From: Eledone cirrhosa
Lineage: Eukaryota
Assembly: GCA_964016885.1 (NCBI GenBank)
Contig: OZ024753.1
Coordinates: forward strand, 9,548,001-9,612,000
DNA: 64,000 bases
Direction of reading: 5' to 3'
The position numbers were made by a program, and so were the translations under genes. The notes beneath the pieces are model-generated. The model was given only the letters and a program-made list of their open reading frames with translations. It did no database searches and was not told the origin of the DNA. Position 1 is the first letter of the stretch. Each line of letters opens with the position of its first letter. Positions 26,860 through 41,115 of this stretch are shown one piece after another.

Positions 26860-27960
26860 GGGAGAGTGTGTGTGTGTGAGAGGGGAGAGTGTGTGTGTGT
26901 GAGAGAGAGAGTGTGTCTGTATGGGAGTGTGTGAAGATTGTGTGTGAATGTGAGAGAAGAGTGTCTGTGTGAGTGTGAGATTGTGTGTGAGAGAGAAGAT
27001 TGTGTGTGTGTGAGAGAGAAGATTGTGTATGTGTGAGAGAGAAGATTGTGTGCGTGTGAGAGAGAAGATTGTGTGTGTGTGAGAGAGAAGATTGTGTGCG
27101 TGTGAGAGAAGATTGTGTGTGTGAGAGAGAAGATTGTGTGCGTGTGAGAGAGAAGATTGTGTGTGTGTGTGTGTGAGAGAAGATTGTGTGCGCGTGAGAG
27201 AGAAGACTGTGTGTGTGAGAGAGAAGATTGTGTGTGAGAGAGAAGATTGTGTGCGTGTGAGAGAGAAGATTGTGTGCGTGTGAGAGAGAAGATTGTGTGC
27301 GTGTGAGAGAGAGTGTCTGTATGAGATTGTGTGTGAATGTGAGATTGTGTGTCTGTGTCTGTGTGAGAGAGTGCGTGTGTGTGTGTGTGTGTGAGAGAGT
27401 GCGTGTGTGTGTGTGTGAGAGAGTGTGTGTGTCTGTGAGAGTGTGTGTTTGTGTGTGTGAGTGTTTGTGTGTGTGTGAGAGAGAGTGAGTGTGTGTGTGA
27501 GAGAGTGAGTGTGAGTGTGTGTGTGTGTGTGTGAGTGTGTATGTGTGTTCGCATGAGATTGTGTGTGTGTTTGTGCCTGTGTGAGATTGCGTGTATGTGT
27601 GTGTCTGTGTGAGATTGCGTGTATGTGTGTGTCTGTGTGAGATTGTGTGCATCTGTGTCCGTGTGAGATTGTGTGTGTGTGCATGTCTGTGTGAGATTGT
27701 GTGTGTGAGATTGTGTGTGTGTGTGTGAGTGTATGAGAATCTGTGTGTGTCAGTGTCAGTTTAAGATAGTGTGAGTGAGATTGTGTGTTTGTGTGTGTGT
27801 GATTGTGAATCTGTGTGTGTGTGTGTGTGTGTGTGTGTGAGTGTGTGTGTGTGTGTGAGAGTGTATGTGTGTGAGAGTATGAGTGTGTATAAGATTGTGT
27901 GTGTGTGTGAGAGTATGTGTATGAGATTATGTGAGTGTATGAGAAGTGTAAGTGTGTTTG
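26860..27960. repeat. (GT)n/(GA)n-derived satellite with gagagaagattgtgtg units
   Basis: Direct reading. Confidence 0.9.
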
Positions 27961-28165
27961 TAGTTTGTGTTTGTCTGGTCTAGTTTACCAAATCTCTCTC
28001 TGTTACTATGTTGTCATTTAAAGAATTAGAACCAACTACCAGACTATATCTAATGTCGCTGCTGTTCAACATCGATATTAATGTCATTTATTTCATAAAA
28101 GTTTGCCTCTTGCTCTAATGCAACTTACTTATCAGTTTTTGGTAGCACATCATCTCTCTCTCTCG

Positions 28166-28258
<93 letters not shown>

Positions 28259-28261
<3 letters not shown>

Positions 28262-28600
28262 CTGAGGATGGTTCTGAACATTAATCAGTATACACTGAGG
28301 ATGAAAAACTCAAGAGCTGTAAGGGAGCCTCCCAAAAGTCAGCTCAAAAGTGACACAGAGGAGACTGAGGTTAGCTGGACATGCTCACCGACATCCAGAG
28401 TTGACATTGCACTCAGTGATCCCGTGGGAGCCCCTACATGGACACACTGGAAGAGGAAGACCAAGGTTAACGCATGTTGATGCCCTAAAGACAGACACTG
28501 GTCTGTTGGAGATGCAGGACATGGCAACGATAATGAGGGACAGAGACCGCTGGAGAGAACTCGTCCATGGATCTCAGGAATTTTACCCACCCTAGAATAT
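28259..28600 (+). mobile_element. RTE-like LINE 3' fragment
   Basis: RRLRLAGHAHRHPE..GRGRPRLTHVDALKTDTG..MRDRDRWRELV. Confidence 0.7.
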
Positions 28601-28996
28601 ATATATATATTTATTATTAACTTTAAGGAGGCATATGGCTTAGTGGTTAGAGCATTGGCCTTGCAATCGAAAGGTTGTGAGTTCAATTCTCAGACCGTTG
28701 ATCCTTGAGAAAGAGACTTTATTTCACATTGTTCCAGTTTACTCAGCTGTAGAAATGAGGTCCCTATCATTCCACTGCAAAGTGGTCGTGGAGGTGGCAC
28801 GGCAAAAAAGCACCCAGCACTCACTGTAAATGAGGTTGGTGTTAGGAAGGGCATCCAGCTGTAGAAATCAAGCCAGTATCAGTCCCCGTCCAACCCTTGG
28901 AAGCAGGGAAAAGCGGACGTATGATAATGTTGATGATGATATATATATATTATTCAAAATATTAATAAATGAAGACATTCACATAATCAAAATATA

Positions 28997-29062
28997 TGTT
29001 TTATTATATATATTTCGAAGGTACTGTGCTGTTTTTTCAGTACGTCCTCGTCAGATAAAATA
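28997..29062 (-). ncRNA. Type I hammerhead ribozyme, family H1
   Basis: Minus strand: tattttat-CTGACGA-ggacgtactg/cagtaccttc-GAAA-tatatATA-ataaaaca. Confidence 0.8.
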
Positions 29063-29861
29063 CATGAATTGATGTATGACATACCTCAACGGTCTTGATG
29101 GTTCAATTCCAGTATTGGAACAGATTAAACTTTAATCTGTTATTTTAATATATATATATATATATATATTAAAATAACAGATTAAAGTTTAAGCAAAGAA
29201 TCGCTGCTTTCACCCTTAACGGGATCTTCAGAAGATCCCGTTAAGGGTGAAAGCAGGGAAAAACGGATGTAAAATGATGATGATCGACCCCTCTTTGGAT
29301 TTTAGTCTTCACATTTATTATTATTACTATATATATATGTAAGTATGTATGTATAGTAATAATACTATTAATACTAAGAGTGAGAAATGAAATTTCGTTT
29401 TCATTTATTTTCAACTATATATATATATATATACATATAATAATGATAATAATGAAAATATTGTGTACAGTGCTCAGGTGCACTACAACTCATCAAAAGT
29501 GTATGTATAGTACATAGGGTAATGTACAAACGTCAGGAAAATGAACAGTGATATACACATGTGTGCATGTGTATGGAAGGGGACATCAGGTGTATGTAAT
29601 TAACATTATGGTAACAATAGGGTTAAACAATAGACAATATAGAAATGAAAGGATTATATATAATAATAAAAATAATAATGAAAATATTGTGTACAGCAAG
29701 GCTGGAATCATTGTTATTTATAAAGTATTTTGGCTCTGTATTATATTTTTTATTTTACATTGAGCTATTCTCATATTTGTAATTGGATATTTAATATTAT
29801 CTACATTATATATATATATATGTTGAAAAGGAGGTCAAGTATATAAAAAATCACTAAATAG

Positions 29862-29910
29862 TTGCTCCGAAGAATCCAAACCTCGGTTTGGAGGAAACAA
29901 TTGTAAGCAA
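29862..29910 (+). ncRNA. Hammerhead fold with core mutation (CCGAAGA), family H2
   Basis: ttgct-CCGAAGA-atccaaacc/ggtttggag-GAAA-caattGTA-agcaa. Sister of 56532-56580. Confidence 0.55.
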
Positions 29911-30232
29911 ATAAATGATTTAAACTGAACTTTGATTCATGTTATTTCTATATAACTGCTCTGTAGAACAACTGATGTTATTACATTGAGCTATTTATCT
30001 TACTGGTAATAAAGTAGTAATGAATTACTGTCTTTCACTATTTAGAGTTTAAAATATATATAACTATAAAAGCTTTTATTATATACATAACCATAAATAG
30101 TATCCTTAATACTATATATATATATATATTTATACAATTATATATATATGTGTGTGTTTGTATGTATACACACTGGATGGCTGGAGCAGGTAAAAGAATA
30201 AAAGAGTATTTGTGAGTGTGTGTGTTTTTGTT

Positions 30233-30294
<62 letters not shown>

Positions 30295-30667
30295 TTAGTT
30301 GGGTTTGTTGGTTTACCACTGGACAGAACTAGTCATCCCGTATGGTCAACCTCGATGTAATATTATGGAGAGCACTCAACGTAATGCAACTCACCCGTCT
30401 TCATTTGTGTAGTTGGTGGTGCGAATACGGAGTTAATTATTATAAAATAACAGGAGGGTGGACTGGTGTAAATCCTTGAAAGGTTTACCGGGTTCAGTAT
30501 GAATTCGGTGACATCATCAGGTAATTCAAAATATAACGAAGGAATATAATAGATAAAATCCATGGATTTACATCAGTCCAACCTCCTGTTATTTTATAAT
30601 ATATATATATATTATTGAATAAAATTAGTTCTATCCATTGGAGAACCCCCAACTTCAATGTGTGTGT

Positions 30668-31045
30668 CATCATCATCATCATCGTTTAACGTCCATATTC
30701 CACACTCGCATGGGTTTGGACGGGAGTTTTCCCACTTGAGGCAAGAGTGGTTGTCTTGCTCGCATAGGACTGTCTGGCAGGTTTTCTACGGCTGGATGCC
30801 CTTCCTAACACCAACCACATTTACAGTGTGAACTGGGAGGTTTTTACCGTGTTACCTACACGGCCACATTACAGCGTGGACTGTGTGTTTTTTTGTCGTG
30901 ACACCTACACAACCTCGTTGGGCTGGATGTTGTGGCACCAACATAACTTTACATTGAAAGGGGTGGTGTGGATGGGGTGGGGGTAGTGGGACGGGGGTGT
31001 ATTTTGTTAGAGGTGCCTACTGACTGTAGTAGGTTTCACTTTGCA
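30668..31045 (-). mobile_element. RTE 3'UTR-only copy (others ~48015-48455-, 50408-50760+, 53023-53712-, 58522-58790-)
   Basis: Matches the 3'UTR of 41447-42100 and ends in a (GAT)n tail. Confidence 0.8.
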
Positions 31046-31319
31046 CTGTGCGTGTATATATATTAATATATATTTATATATTACTAGAACACTGGTAGGT
31101 TATATCAGTAGTAGTAGAGCTACCACCAATGCTTCTATATACAAATTTCTGTGATTCTGTTACAACACGTAAAGAGAGAGGGGTAGTTTGACTACCTCAT
31201 ACTACTCCTCTCTTTTTACGTCTGCTGCCTGTGTGAAGGTATGTGTGTGTAAAAGGAAGGCAGTGGGTGGTGAAAAAACTATAGCAAAATAGCAGCTGGC
31301 GTTTCATTTGTTATGCTGT

Positions 31320-32510
31320 GTATATGTTTGTGTGAATATATGTGTGTGTTTGTGTGAATGTATGTATGTGTTTGTGTGAATGCATGTATGTGTTTGTGTG
31401 AATGTGTGTGTTTGTGTGAATATATGTGTGTGTTTGTGTGAATGCATGTGTGTGTTTGTGTGAATGCATGTGTGTGTTTGTGTGAATGCATGTGTGTGTT
31501 TGTGTGAATGCATGTGTGTGTTTGTGTGAATGCATGTGTGTGTTTGTGTGAATGTATGTGTGTGTTTGTGTGAATGTATGTGTGTGTTTGTGTGAATGTA
31601 TGTGTGTGTTGGTGTGAATATATGTGTGTGTTGGTGTGAATGTATGTATGTGTTTGTGTGAATGTATGTGTGTGTTTGTGTGAATGTATGTGTGTGTTTG
31701 TGTGAATGCATGTATGTGTTTGTGTGAATGCATGTGTGTGTTTGTGTGAATGTATGTGTGTGTTTGTGTGAATGCATGTATGTGTTTGTGTGAATGCATG
31801 TATGTGTTTGTGTGAATGCATGTATGTGTTTGTGTGAATGCATGTATGTGTTTGTGTGAATGTATGTGTGTGTTTGTGTGAATGCATGTATGTGTTTGTG
31901 TGAATGCATGTATGTGTTTGTGTGAATGCATGTATGTGTTTGTGTGAATGTATGTGTGTGTTTGTGTGAATGCATGTATGTGTTTGTGTGAATGCATGTA
32001 TGTGTTTGTGTGAATGCATGTGTGTGTTTGTGTGAATGCATGTGTGTGTTTGTGTGAATGCATGTGTGTTTGTGTGAATGTATGTGTGTGTTTGTGTGAA
32101 CGTATGTGTGTGTTTGTGTGAATGCATGTATGTGTTTGTGTGAATGCATGTATGTGTTTGTGTGAATGTATGTGTGTGTTTGTGTGAATGCATGTATGTG
32201 TTTGTGTGAATGCATGTATGTGTTTGTGTGAATGCATGTGTGTGTTTGTGTGAATGCATGTATGTGTTTGTGTGAATGTATGTGTGTGTTTGTGTGAATG
32301 TATGTATGTGTTTGTGTGAATGTATGTATGTGTTGGTGTGAATATATGTATGTGTTTGTGTGAATGTATGTGTGAGTTTATGTGAATGTATGTGTGTGTT
32401 TGTGTGTGTTTGGGTGAATATATGTGTGTGTGTGTGAATGCATGTACGTGTTTGTGTGAATGCATGTATGTGTTTGTGTGAATGCATGTACGTGATTGTG
32501 TGAATGCATG
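31320..32510. repeat. ~22-bp minisatellite (tgtgtgaatgcatgtatgtgtt)
   Basis: Direct reading. It is the source of the HTHTQ ORFs. Confidence 0.95.
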
Positions 32511-34782
32511 TATGTGTGTATTTTTGAAAGTGTGTCTGTGTTTGCATGTTTATATTTATATACTCATACATATAAATGTATGCATATGCACGCACATACA
32601 CATATACACATGTACAAAATGTAGAAAAAATCCTAGTATAGAATAACTCTGGGAAAATATGTTACTACCAATAACTTGAAGGAAGATAATTCCTGTCGTT
32701 TTCTATTTACCGTTTCCACATTTATAAAGGAACAATTTTTAATGGTATATCTAGTTTCGTTGGACAGTACTATACAAATCAACAGGCGGTGAATTGGCAA
32801 AATCATGAGGACGTTGGATAAAGCACTTTGCATTATCTGTTTCAGCTCTCTGCTTTCTAAGTTCAAATCGAGCTGTGGTCAACTTTGCCTTTCACCCATT
32901 CAGGGCATTTTGTCCTATCCTCAAAAGGTTCAAAACCAACCGGCAGGAGACCCAGGAGTAAATCCCTAGCAGGATGGTTGGATAACATCCATGAGCTTGG
33001 CTGGTCTTGCTTGGGGATCCAGCCTGCTCAGTTGGAGACAGTTGCTTCCGACAGTACTAGCTGGAAGGAGTGTTTAAGGAGTCAGCTCCCACACAGACCT
33101 CTCAGGAATATGTGTGCGAAAGAAGAAGAAGAAGAAGAAGAGGAAAACTCAAAAGATTCTGCCAATTTACTGCAGCTCCTCCCATTCTTATATTATATTT
33201 ATCTCTATATTTTTACATATACTGGCTGTTCATACCATTTTATCCAAAATAGTTATCTATTGATGGACAGTTCTCAGACTGAGGTGTCAAATAAATTTAT
33301 TGCATTATACAAATTAGATTTTATGAAATGTGTTATTGTTGCTGTTATTGTTGCTGTTGTCATCCTTATCATTGTTTTAATATCCATTTATCCATGCTAG
33401 CAGCAGTTTGGATAGATGTGTAGTATGACATATCTTCCCCTGTTTTGACCCTGCGTTATCTCATTTAGTAAAACCCCTACCAACATTTTCACATGTTCTT
33501 TGGCCTTCCTCTGTCACAGATACTTTTCACTGCTAGAAACACAGCACTTTTCTTTTTACCTTAGCAATCATAGTTAATTCACATCACATACCCATACCGA
33601 TGCAGAGACTCATCTCCCCTGCACAAATTGACAGAAGCCAGAAGGTCAAATTCTTGGAAGGATTTTATTGGATATTTCCATAAGCTGTATTGGTCATCAA
33701 GTGGCTGTAAAACCAAAATAGCAGAGTATGATGTAGTATTGGATTACTTGTCTCGGGGTCAAAAGTTCAAATTTGCTGCAGACATTTCAAGTGAATTTTA
33801 CTGAAGAACACTTTGTTTTATGTTACCTAGCTTCACTTCATGTTATTTAGCAGTAGTTTAGCTCTCAGCAAATAAACCTACTATCAAAGGACATTTGAGC
33901 CATGGCTATCTAGTATATTTTGTTCTCAGATAAAGCATATTTGGCTCATGTCATCTTGCCTTTCATCCTTACGGGGTCGATAAAATAAAGTACCAGTAAT
34001 ACACTGGATAATTGCTGGCCTTGTGCCTAAAGTAGAAACAGTTATCTAACACTGGCCTTGTGACAAAAGTAGAAACTATTATCTAATATACCTTTTATGT
34101 CTTGAAGATGACAGGGTGCAATTGGATGGAGATTTAACTACTATTTCTATTAGGTCAAGCAACAAGAGACCACCTTGTTGACTCATTCTCCATGTCAGCA
34201 GGCCATCAGGCAATGTTACTTTTGATGGATGATAGGCTGGTGACCAATCCAGGAAAAACTTAACTCTTTTCACACCAAAAAGTCAGAACTAGGCACTGCT
34301 CTTTGGTCCCACAAAAGATCCTACCACCACCTCAGGGTTTAAAATACATTTATATTATGATATTTACATTGCATCATGTGGCTGCTCAAATTACATCTGT
34401 ATACAAATTCTTTAACGTTTATGTACAGGTATGGTTGAATGGTGTAGGAGTTAGCTCCACAATGACAAGGTCTCAATTTGATCCTAATGTGCAACATTCT
34501 GGACAAGTGTATTTTAACAAAGCCTCAAACTGATCCAAGTTTTGAGAGTAGAATCAAGTAGACAGTGACAACGTTGAAACACATTAAAAATGCAATACAT
34601 ATGACCTGACAATGCAATATTTTCACACAGTGCTAAGCTTGTTTGCTGTTAGACAAAACATATAATAATGTATGTATGGGCACGTAACTCTTCATGTTGT
34701 TTTGGGGATGCCACAGTGACATACAAAATGTATTGGGAGGTTTGAACCTGGCAAACTGCAGAGCCCATTCCCTCTAAACAGA

Positions 34783-34850
<68 letters not shown>

Positions 34851-35233
34851 GAGAGAAGAATTAAGAAAGAGATAGAAAGAGGAAGAATTTACCCCAGTAC
34901 TCAACTGATACTTGGTTTTATTGGGACACTTTAACAAGAGCCTTGTGATTTGAACAAACACATTGAAATGAAGACTGGGACACTTTTACAATGATCTGAA
35001 CACATTAGAATATAAAGTGATGAAAACTGAGTGAAAATTAATGGTTAATAAAACTATAACCGCATAATAAACAGATATTAACTGAATGGAGCTTGTATTT
35101 CATCACTGGAACAAAAGTTATGTTGTAGGTGAGTGTTGGAGGTGACAAATATAGTTAGGAAATTGAAAAAGATATATAATATTAATGATGACTATAATAA
35201 TATTAATAATGATAATAATAATGATAATAACAA

Positions 35234-36275
35234 TATAGACTCTACTTAAGGAGATCTGAAGGTGGAAGAGGTCTTATCAGCATAGAGGACTGTGTTCAGC
35301 TGGAGAAAACCAACCTACACAAATACGTGATTGATAGTAGGGAGCCAATGGTCAGAATGGTACTGATGGAGAGGACAATAGACCAGGGGACGTCCAAGGA
35401 GGAAATAACAACAAGGAGAAAGAGCAACCTTCATGAAAAATCCCTTCATAGTGCCTTCTTTGAGAAAACTGAATTTAAAGATCCACAGACATAGAACTGG
35501 TTAAAAAGGCTACAGAAGGAATGCTAATGGCAGCGCAAGAGCAGGCCCTCAAAACGAAGTGAGTGAAACACCATATTTACAAGCAGGAGGCTAGCCCACT
35601 GTGTAGGATCTGTGGAGAGAGAGAGGAGATTGTGGCTCACATTGTATCTGAGTGTAAACACCTAGCCCAGACTCACTATAAAGGCTGGAGACATGATGTG
35701 ATGGGCAGGGTGATCCACTGGCACCTATGCAAAGTAAACAATTTACCACATTCTGAGAAATGGTATGAGCATAAGCCAGAGTCGGTGATAGAAAACGATC
35801 AGGTGAAGGTGCTGTGGGATTTTAGGATACAAACGGACAAGAAACTGGAACACAATAGACCTGACCTGGTGGTTTGGGATAGGGAAAAAGATCGTGCCTG
35901 ATAGTGGATGTAGCCTGCCCATTTGACACGAGAGTGCAAGAGAAGGAGAGGGAGAAAATTAACCGATACCAGGACTTAAAGTGGGAGGTAAAAAGGATTT
36001 GGAACTGCCATGAGGTCAAAATGGTACCGATTGTCATAGACGCACTAGGTACTATCTCAAAGAGTTTCCAAGGATGGTTAAAGAAAATTGGTCCCGCCCC
36101 GCTTTTTGGAACACTTCAAAAGGCATGCTTGCTGGGAACAGCAAGAACCCTCCGATACGTCCTGAATATCTGAGGCTGCAGGTAATGGCTTGATATTCAT
36201 TTCAACAAACTTTCCAGTTAAATAACATCAATGACAGACTCCAAGAACAATAATAATAATAATAATAATAATAAT
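35234..36275 (+). mobile_element. R4/Dong-like retrotransposon, longest fragment (copy 4), flanked by (TAA)n
   Basis: RRSEGGRGLISIEDC, AAQEQALKT, CRICGE..HIVSEC zinc knuckle, RPDLVV, DVACPFD..EKINRY. Stops and frameshifts present. (TAA)n tail. Confidence 0.88.
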
Positions 36276-37213
36276 GCTTTCTTTATTAACCACAAGGGTT
36301 GACACAAAGTAGACATTAATGACAGTACAGGACAATAAAAGACGGTACAAATGGGCATTACTGCGTGTAAAATAAAAAAAAATAAAAAAAACAGAGGATG
36401 TAACAAAAAAAGAACAATGAAAAAATCCCCAATAAGGGGGAGACATCTGAGGGCCATCGTTGAGAAAGCCCATTAAAAAAAATCCACGGTGCCTCTGACC
36501 ACCATGGCAAGTGCCCTCACCCAGTTTTCCACCTTCAGTTTACAGGCATATACTCAGAGTAGGTCCACTCACTCGGGCCATTCTTGCCTCTCTCACCCAT
36601 CTTTCAACAAAAAGCAGGGAAGAGAGCACTTCCCCCTCTACCCTGATTTTCCTTTTCAAATGAAATTTGAAAAAGTTAATCAGGGCATCACTGAAGAGGC
36701 AAGTGCTCGTCTTCAACCCTTTCAGACGCGTCCACCATACTATCTCTTTCGCCATGGCCACCAGACAGATAAAAACTGCCTGCCCTTCCCGGCTAAAGGA
36801 AGAGGGCGGGGCAATACTCACGATGGACTCAGCTGATAGCCGGATCCGTTCTACACGCGACAGCAGGTGTTTGACATAAACCCGCAAGTCAGCAATGCTC
36901 GGACACTGGACGAGTGCATGCAGGATGGTTTTGTCGCCCTGCGCGCATCTCGGACATGCCCGGCTGACGCCACTTCCGTGCCTGTAGAGTTTATCCCGAA
37001 CTGGCAAAGCTCCTCGGTCTTCGCTTGACCCAGGACTGCAGCTCCGTCAAGGAGACGAGCTGGGGAAAGACGCGTCTGGCAAATGGGGACCACACCTGAT
37101 CACCGTCGAGGAAGAGGTGGAGATGTCGAAGCCTGAGCACGTGTCTGCGCATCATCAGCCACTGCATGCCCAGCCCTCCACGTAGCGGGTGTTGACAGCA
37201 GATGGACCACCTG
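36276..37213 (-). mobile_element. Tx1/L1-clade LINE 3' fragment
   Basis: MPVRDKLYRHG..CPRCAQGDKTILHALVQCP (CCHC zf-RVT type), IVWWTR. U-rich 3'UTR with aataaa, ending in the ATT tract shared with the R4 tail. Confidence 0.7.
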
Positions 37214-37423
37214 TAATAATTGTTTCTACTTTTGGCGCAAGGCCAGCAATTATCCAGTACATTACTGGTACTTTATTTCATCGACCCCGTAAGGATGAAA
37301 GGCAAAGTTAACCTCGGTGGGATTTGAACTCCGATCGTAAAGGGACGTAACTACGCTGGGAAGCATGGCATCCGACCCTCTACCGATACTGCCAATTCAC
37401 AATAATAATAATAATAATAATAA

Positions 37424-37950
37424 TGGCATTTATGCAAACTAAATAATTTACCACAGAAGTGGTATGAGTCGGTGATAGAAATAGAGAACGATTGAGTGAA
37501 AGTGCTATGGGATTTCAGGATACAGACAGACAAGAAATTAGAACACAATAGACCTGATCTGGTGGTTTTGGACAAGAAAAAAAGATTGTGCCTGATTGTA
37601 GATGTAGCCTGCCCATTTGACACGAGAGTGCAAGATAAGGAGAGGGAGAAAAATTAACCGATACCAGGATGTAAAGTGGGAGTTAAAAAGGATTTGGAAC
37701 TGCCATGAAATAAAAGTCGTCCCGATTGTCATAGGAGCACTAGGTACTATCTCAAAGAGTTTCCAAGGATGGTTAAAGAAAATTCGTCCCGCCCCCTTTT
37801 TTGGAATACTTCAAAAGGCATGCTTGCTGGGAAAAGGAAGAACCCTCCGATACGTCCTGAATGTCTGAGGCTGCAGGTAGCGGCTTGATATTCATTTCAA
37901 CAAACTTTCCAGTTAAATAACATCAATGACTGAGACTCAAAGAACAATAA
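37424..37950 (+). mobile_element. R4/Dong-like 3' fragment, copy 5
   Basis: Same RLE peptide and 3'UTR as copies 1 and 4. Preceded by (TAA)n. Confidence 0.85.
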
Positions 37951-39657
37951 TATTTATGATGATAACAATAATAATAATTGTTTCTACTTTAGGCACAAGG
38001 CCAGCAATTACCCAGTACATTACTGGTACTTTATTTTATCGACCCCATAAGGATGAAAGGCAAAGTTAACCTCGGCGGGATTTGAACTCAGACCATAAAG
38101 GGACATAACTATGCTAGAAAGCATGGCGTCCAACCCTCTACTGATACTGCCAATTCACCGATAATAATAATGTTGGTTTCCTTTATTTTATGTTAAGAGA
38201 ATGGCAATAATAGAGGGATTTCAACATATGTAATCAGTTAATTACAGTTGGCTGTCTTGGTTTGAAATATGAATGTGGAGTCAGCAATGGTGAATCTGGA
38301 AAATTAATCCTGTGTGATAGCAACTGTCAATTCACTGCCTATATATATATATATATATAGGCAGTGAATTATATATATATATATCATCATCGTTTAACGT
38401 CTATCTTCCACGCTAGCATCGGTGGTTTTGTGTAAGAGATTGGTAAGATAGCCGTATAAGTTATAATTTCCCAGTGCCATGTTATGGAAAGAAGTTGTAG
38501 TGAATCTTTGGAATAGTGCTTAATAAATATTAAAGGCCCTAATAGTTGCTCCAATGTTCAAAAGTGGCCCGCCAATGGAATATATTGCACACCCCTGATT
38601 TACATGGTGTACCCTGTAGAGCCTGTAAATTGGCTGACATTAAGAAGAAGATGCTGGAAAATAAATGGTCATTTGGTCATTTCATGAGAATACCTTGACC
38701 AGCCTGTGAACCTTTTAGCCAACCCTTGTATGGTGTAGAGTAAAATGTTTTAAGAACATCAGTTATCATGTACGTGGAAAAGTAGAAAACAATTGAAAGA
38801 AGAGGATTTCATTAATCTTTAAAACGTACACCTGAACAAAACTGATGCCGACAAGGAACAAGACCATTATTATTAGCATTGTTCATTTTTCGAAGAGATC
38901 TATTATTATTATTGCTATTATTATTATTATTATTATTGCTATCATAATTATTGTTATTATTATTAATATTATTACTATTATCGTTATATCTTGAAGAATG
39001 TCTCTTGACATAACAACGATAAATGTGCTAACACAAGCAAATAACAAAAGAGAGAAAGAAAAAAAAATGAAGAATGAAATACAGATGTGTGGAAACGAAA
39101 ATATTATTATTTAATGTCAAATGAATATTATGTAATGTCAAAATAGCTGGCTATCTGTTTTCAAGAATCTTTGGTTTGAAAATTGAAACTAAAAAAAAAA
39201 GTTTGAACACAAGATAACAGTTTTTCATATTTACACAGAAGACTATCTTCACAACAAAAAAAAAAATAGAATGAAATGAAATGAAACAAAACACTTCATA
39301 ATAATACAAATAAATGGATGGAAAATATAAAAAATATATATATGGACAGAGTATTAAAAAAAATCAGAAAATTTCAATAGAGTTTTTACAAATTTTTTAC
39401 ACCATCATAGGAAAACAGAAACTTCACACATTAAAATGCTCACTAAATTGAATAAATAATAAAATTTTATATGATAAATATAAAGAAAAATATGTAGAAA
39501 TAACTGTCTCTCACTCTCTTTACCCCTCTTCTCTCCCCCTCTCCCCTCTTTCTCTCTCTCTATATATATATATGTTTGTCCCAGGTTCAATCAGGGGTAA
39601 CCACAGTAAGTAAGGTACTCAATACAAAGCAGAGTATAAATATTTAATATAGAAATG

Positions 39658-39707
39658 GCTTCTACAGGACTAGGACTGTTTCATTTGGGAGAAATCATTA
39701 GGAAAGC
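39658..39707 (-). ncRNA. Hammerhead fold with core mutation (CTAATGA), family H3
   Basis: Minus strand: gctttc-CTAATGA-tttctcccaaat-GAAA-cag..ctGTA-gaagc. Sister of 48576-48626. Confidence 0.5.
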
Positions 39708-39759
39708 AGGCTTTCTCCTAAATGAAACAGTTCCAGTCCTGTAGAAGCCATTTCTATAT

Positions 39760-39806
<47 letters not shown>

Positions 39807-39925
39807 AATAAACAACATAAGATGATTATTTCATTTACCAGTGGTTTCTTGAAAGCAAATAAATCTGCTTTCAGTCGTCAGAAAGAAAAAATCCTGGTGT
39901 TTTTATTGAATGTGGATTTGAAAAA

Positions 39926-40014
<89 letters not shown>

Positions 40015-40015
<1 letters not shown>

Positions 40016-40415
40016 CAGCGATTTTACATTCGCTCTTCCATGCTTGCAAGGGTCGGATGTGTGTTCTTTTCAGCACAGCATCACTCCACTCACTGTGTTC
40101 TTTTGTCATCTCCTCTATGAATCTCAACGATTTGCAATCCGCTCTCCCCACCTCCACCCAGGTCTTTCTTGGTCTACCTCTATTGCGGCGTCTCTCTACT
40201 GGCATTTCCTTGCACATCTTCACCCAGCAATCATCATCCATGTGCATCACATGTTCATACCAATGCAGTCTTCTCTCTTACACACCACTTCTGCTTCCTC
40301 TTAAACCCAGTTTCTCCCTCAATATATCTGAACTCTGCCTTTCTCTCACACTTACATTGCACATTCAACGAAGCATGGTTGCTTCATTTCTCTCCAGTCT
40401 ATGCATGTCCTCTAC
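40015..40415 (-). mobile_element. RTE-clade LINE 3' fragment
   Basis: Minus strand: ..MMHMDDDCWVKMCKEMPVERRRNRGRPRKTWVEV.. Confidence 0.75.
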
Positions 40416-41115
40416 AGTTTCCCAAAGCTTCCCAAAGTAACCTGATATTATTGTTGCTTCATTCATCAACCATTGGAAATTACACGCACACACACATATA
40501 TATATATTTATATAAATTTTAATAATTTTAAAAGCCATACAATGCATTAGAAAATTAAAGTTGCCAAGATAACAATAGAATCTTACCTTAGCAAATTTAA
40601 TAATCCCAAATATTTTCGGGTTTAAAATACCCTTATCAAGGGAGTATCCCTGTGAAGGTCTTAAATGATCAATCGGAGTTGAGTTGTTGTTAGGATGGTA
40701 GATTTAAATGAAATATATGTGTATTTGTAAAAGGTTAGGTCAGGCTTCTGCCTGCTACTGGTTCCATGTAACCCGGTACAACCTCTTTCATGGTTGAGTG
40801 GTCGACAACTAAACTAGCTCCCCCACCACACCCGTGTGTAGTGAGGAGGTTAAGTGGAACTCAGGCAGCACAGAATACAAGGACTCTCCAGAATCAATGG
40901 CCCTCCACCCCAACTTGGGTTATATATCCTCACCAACTCACAATTGGCCAAGTGCGGTGAGTAAAGCTACATTCCTGAAAACATGAAGAAAACCAAAGAG
41001 AAAGTGGAGGAGGTCAACCAGGAAGGAGTTCCTTCAACAGAAGTGAGAAGGCCCTGGATTCGATTGCATTTGTAATGAAAATTTTTATAGAACTGAAATA
41101 AGTAAAACACGTTAC

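Noticed and set aside
30480-30530. Hammerhead candidate (minus-strand CTGATGA plus a stem)
   Set aside because: GAAA is absent and there is no stem I partner. At most a decayed remnant.
40604-40643. Hammerhead-shaped fold tccc-TTGATAA-gggt/accc-GAAA..ggga (minus strand)
   Set aside because: It has two core substitutions, so it is counted only as a dead relic and not listed as a feature.
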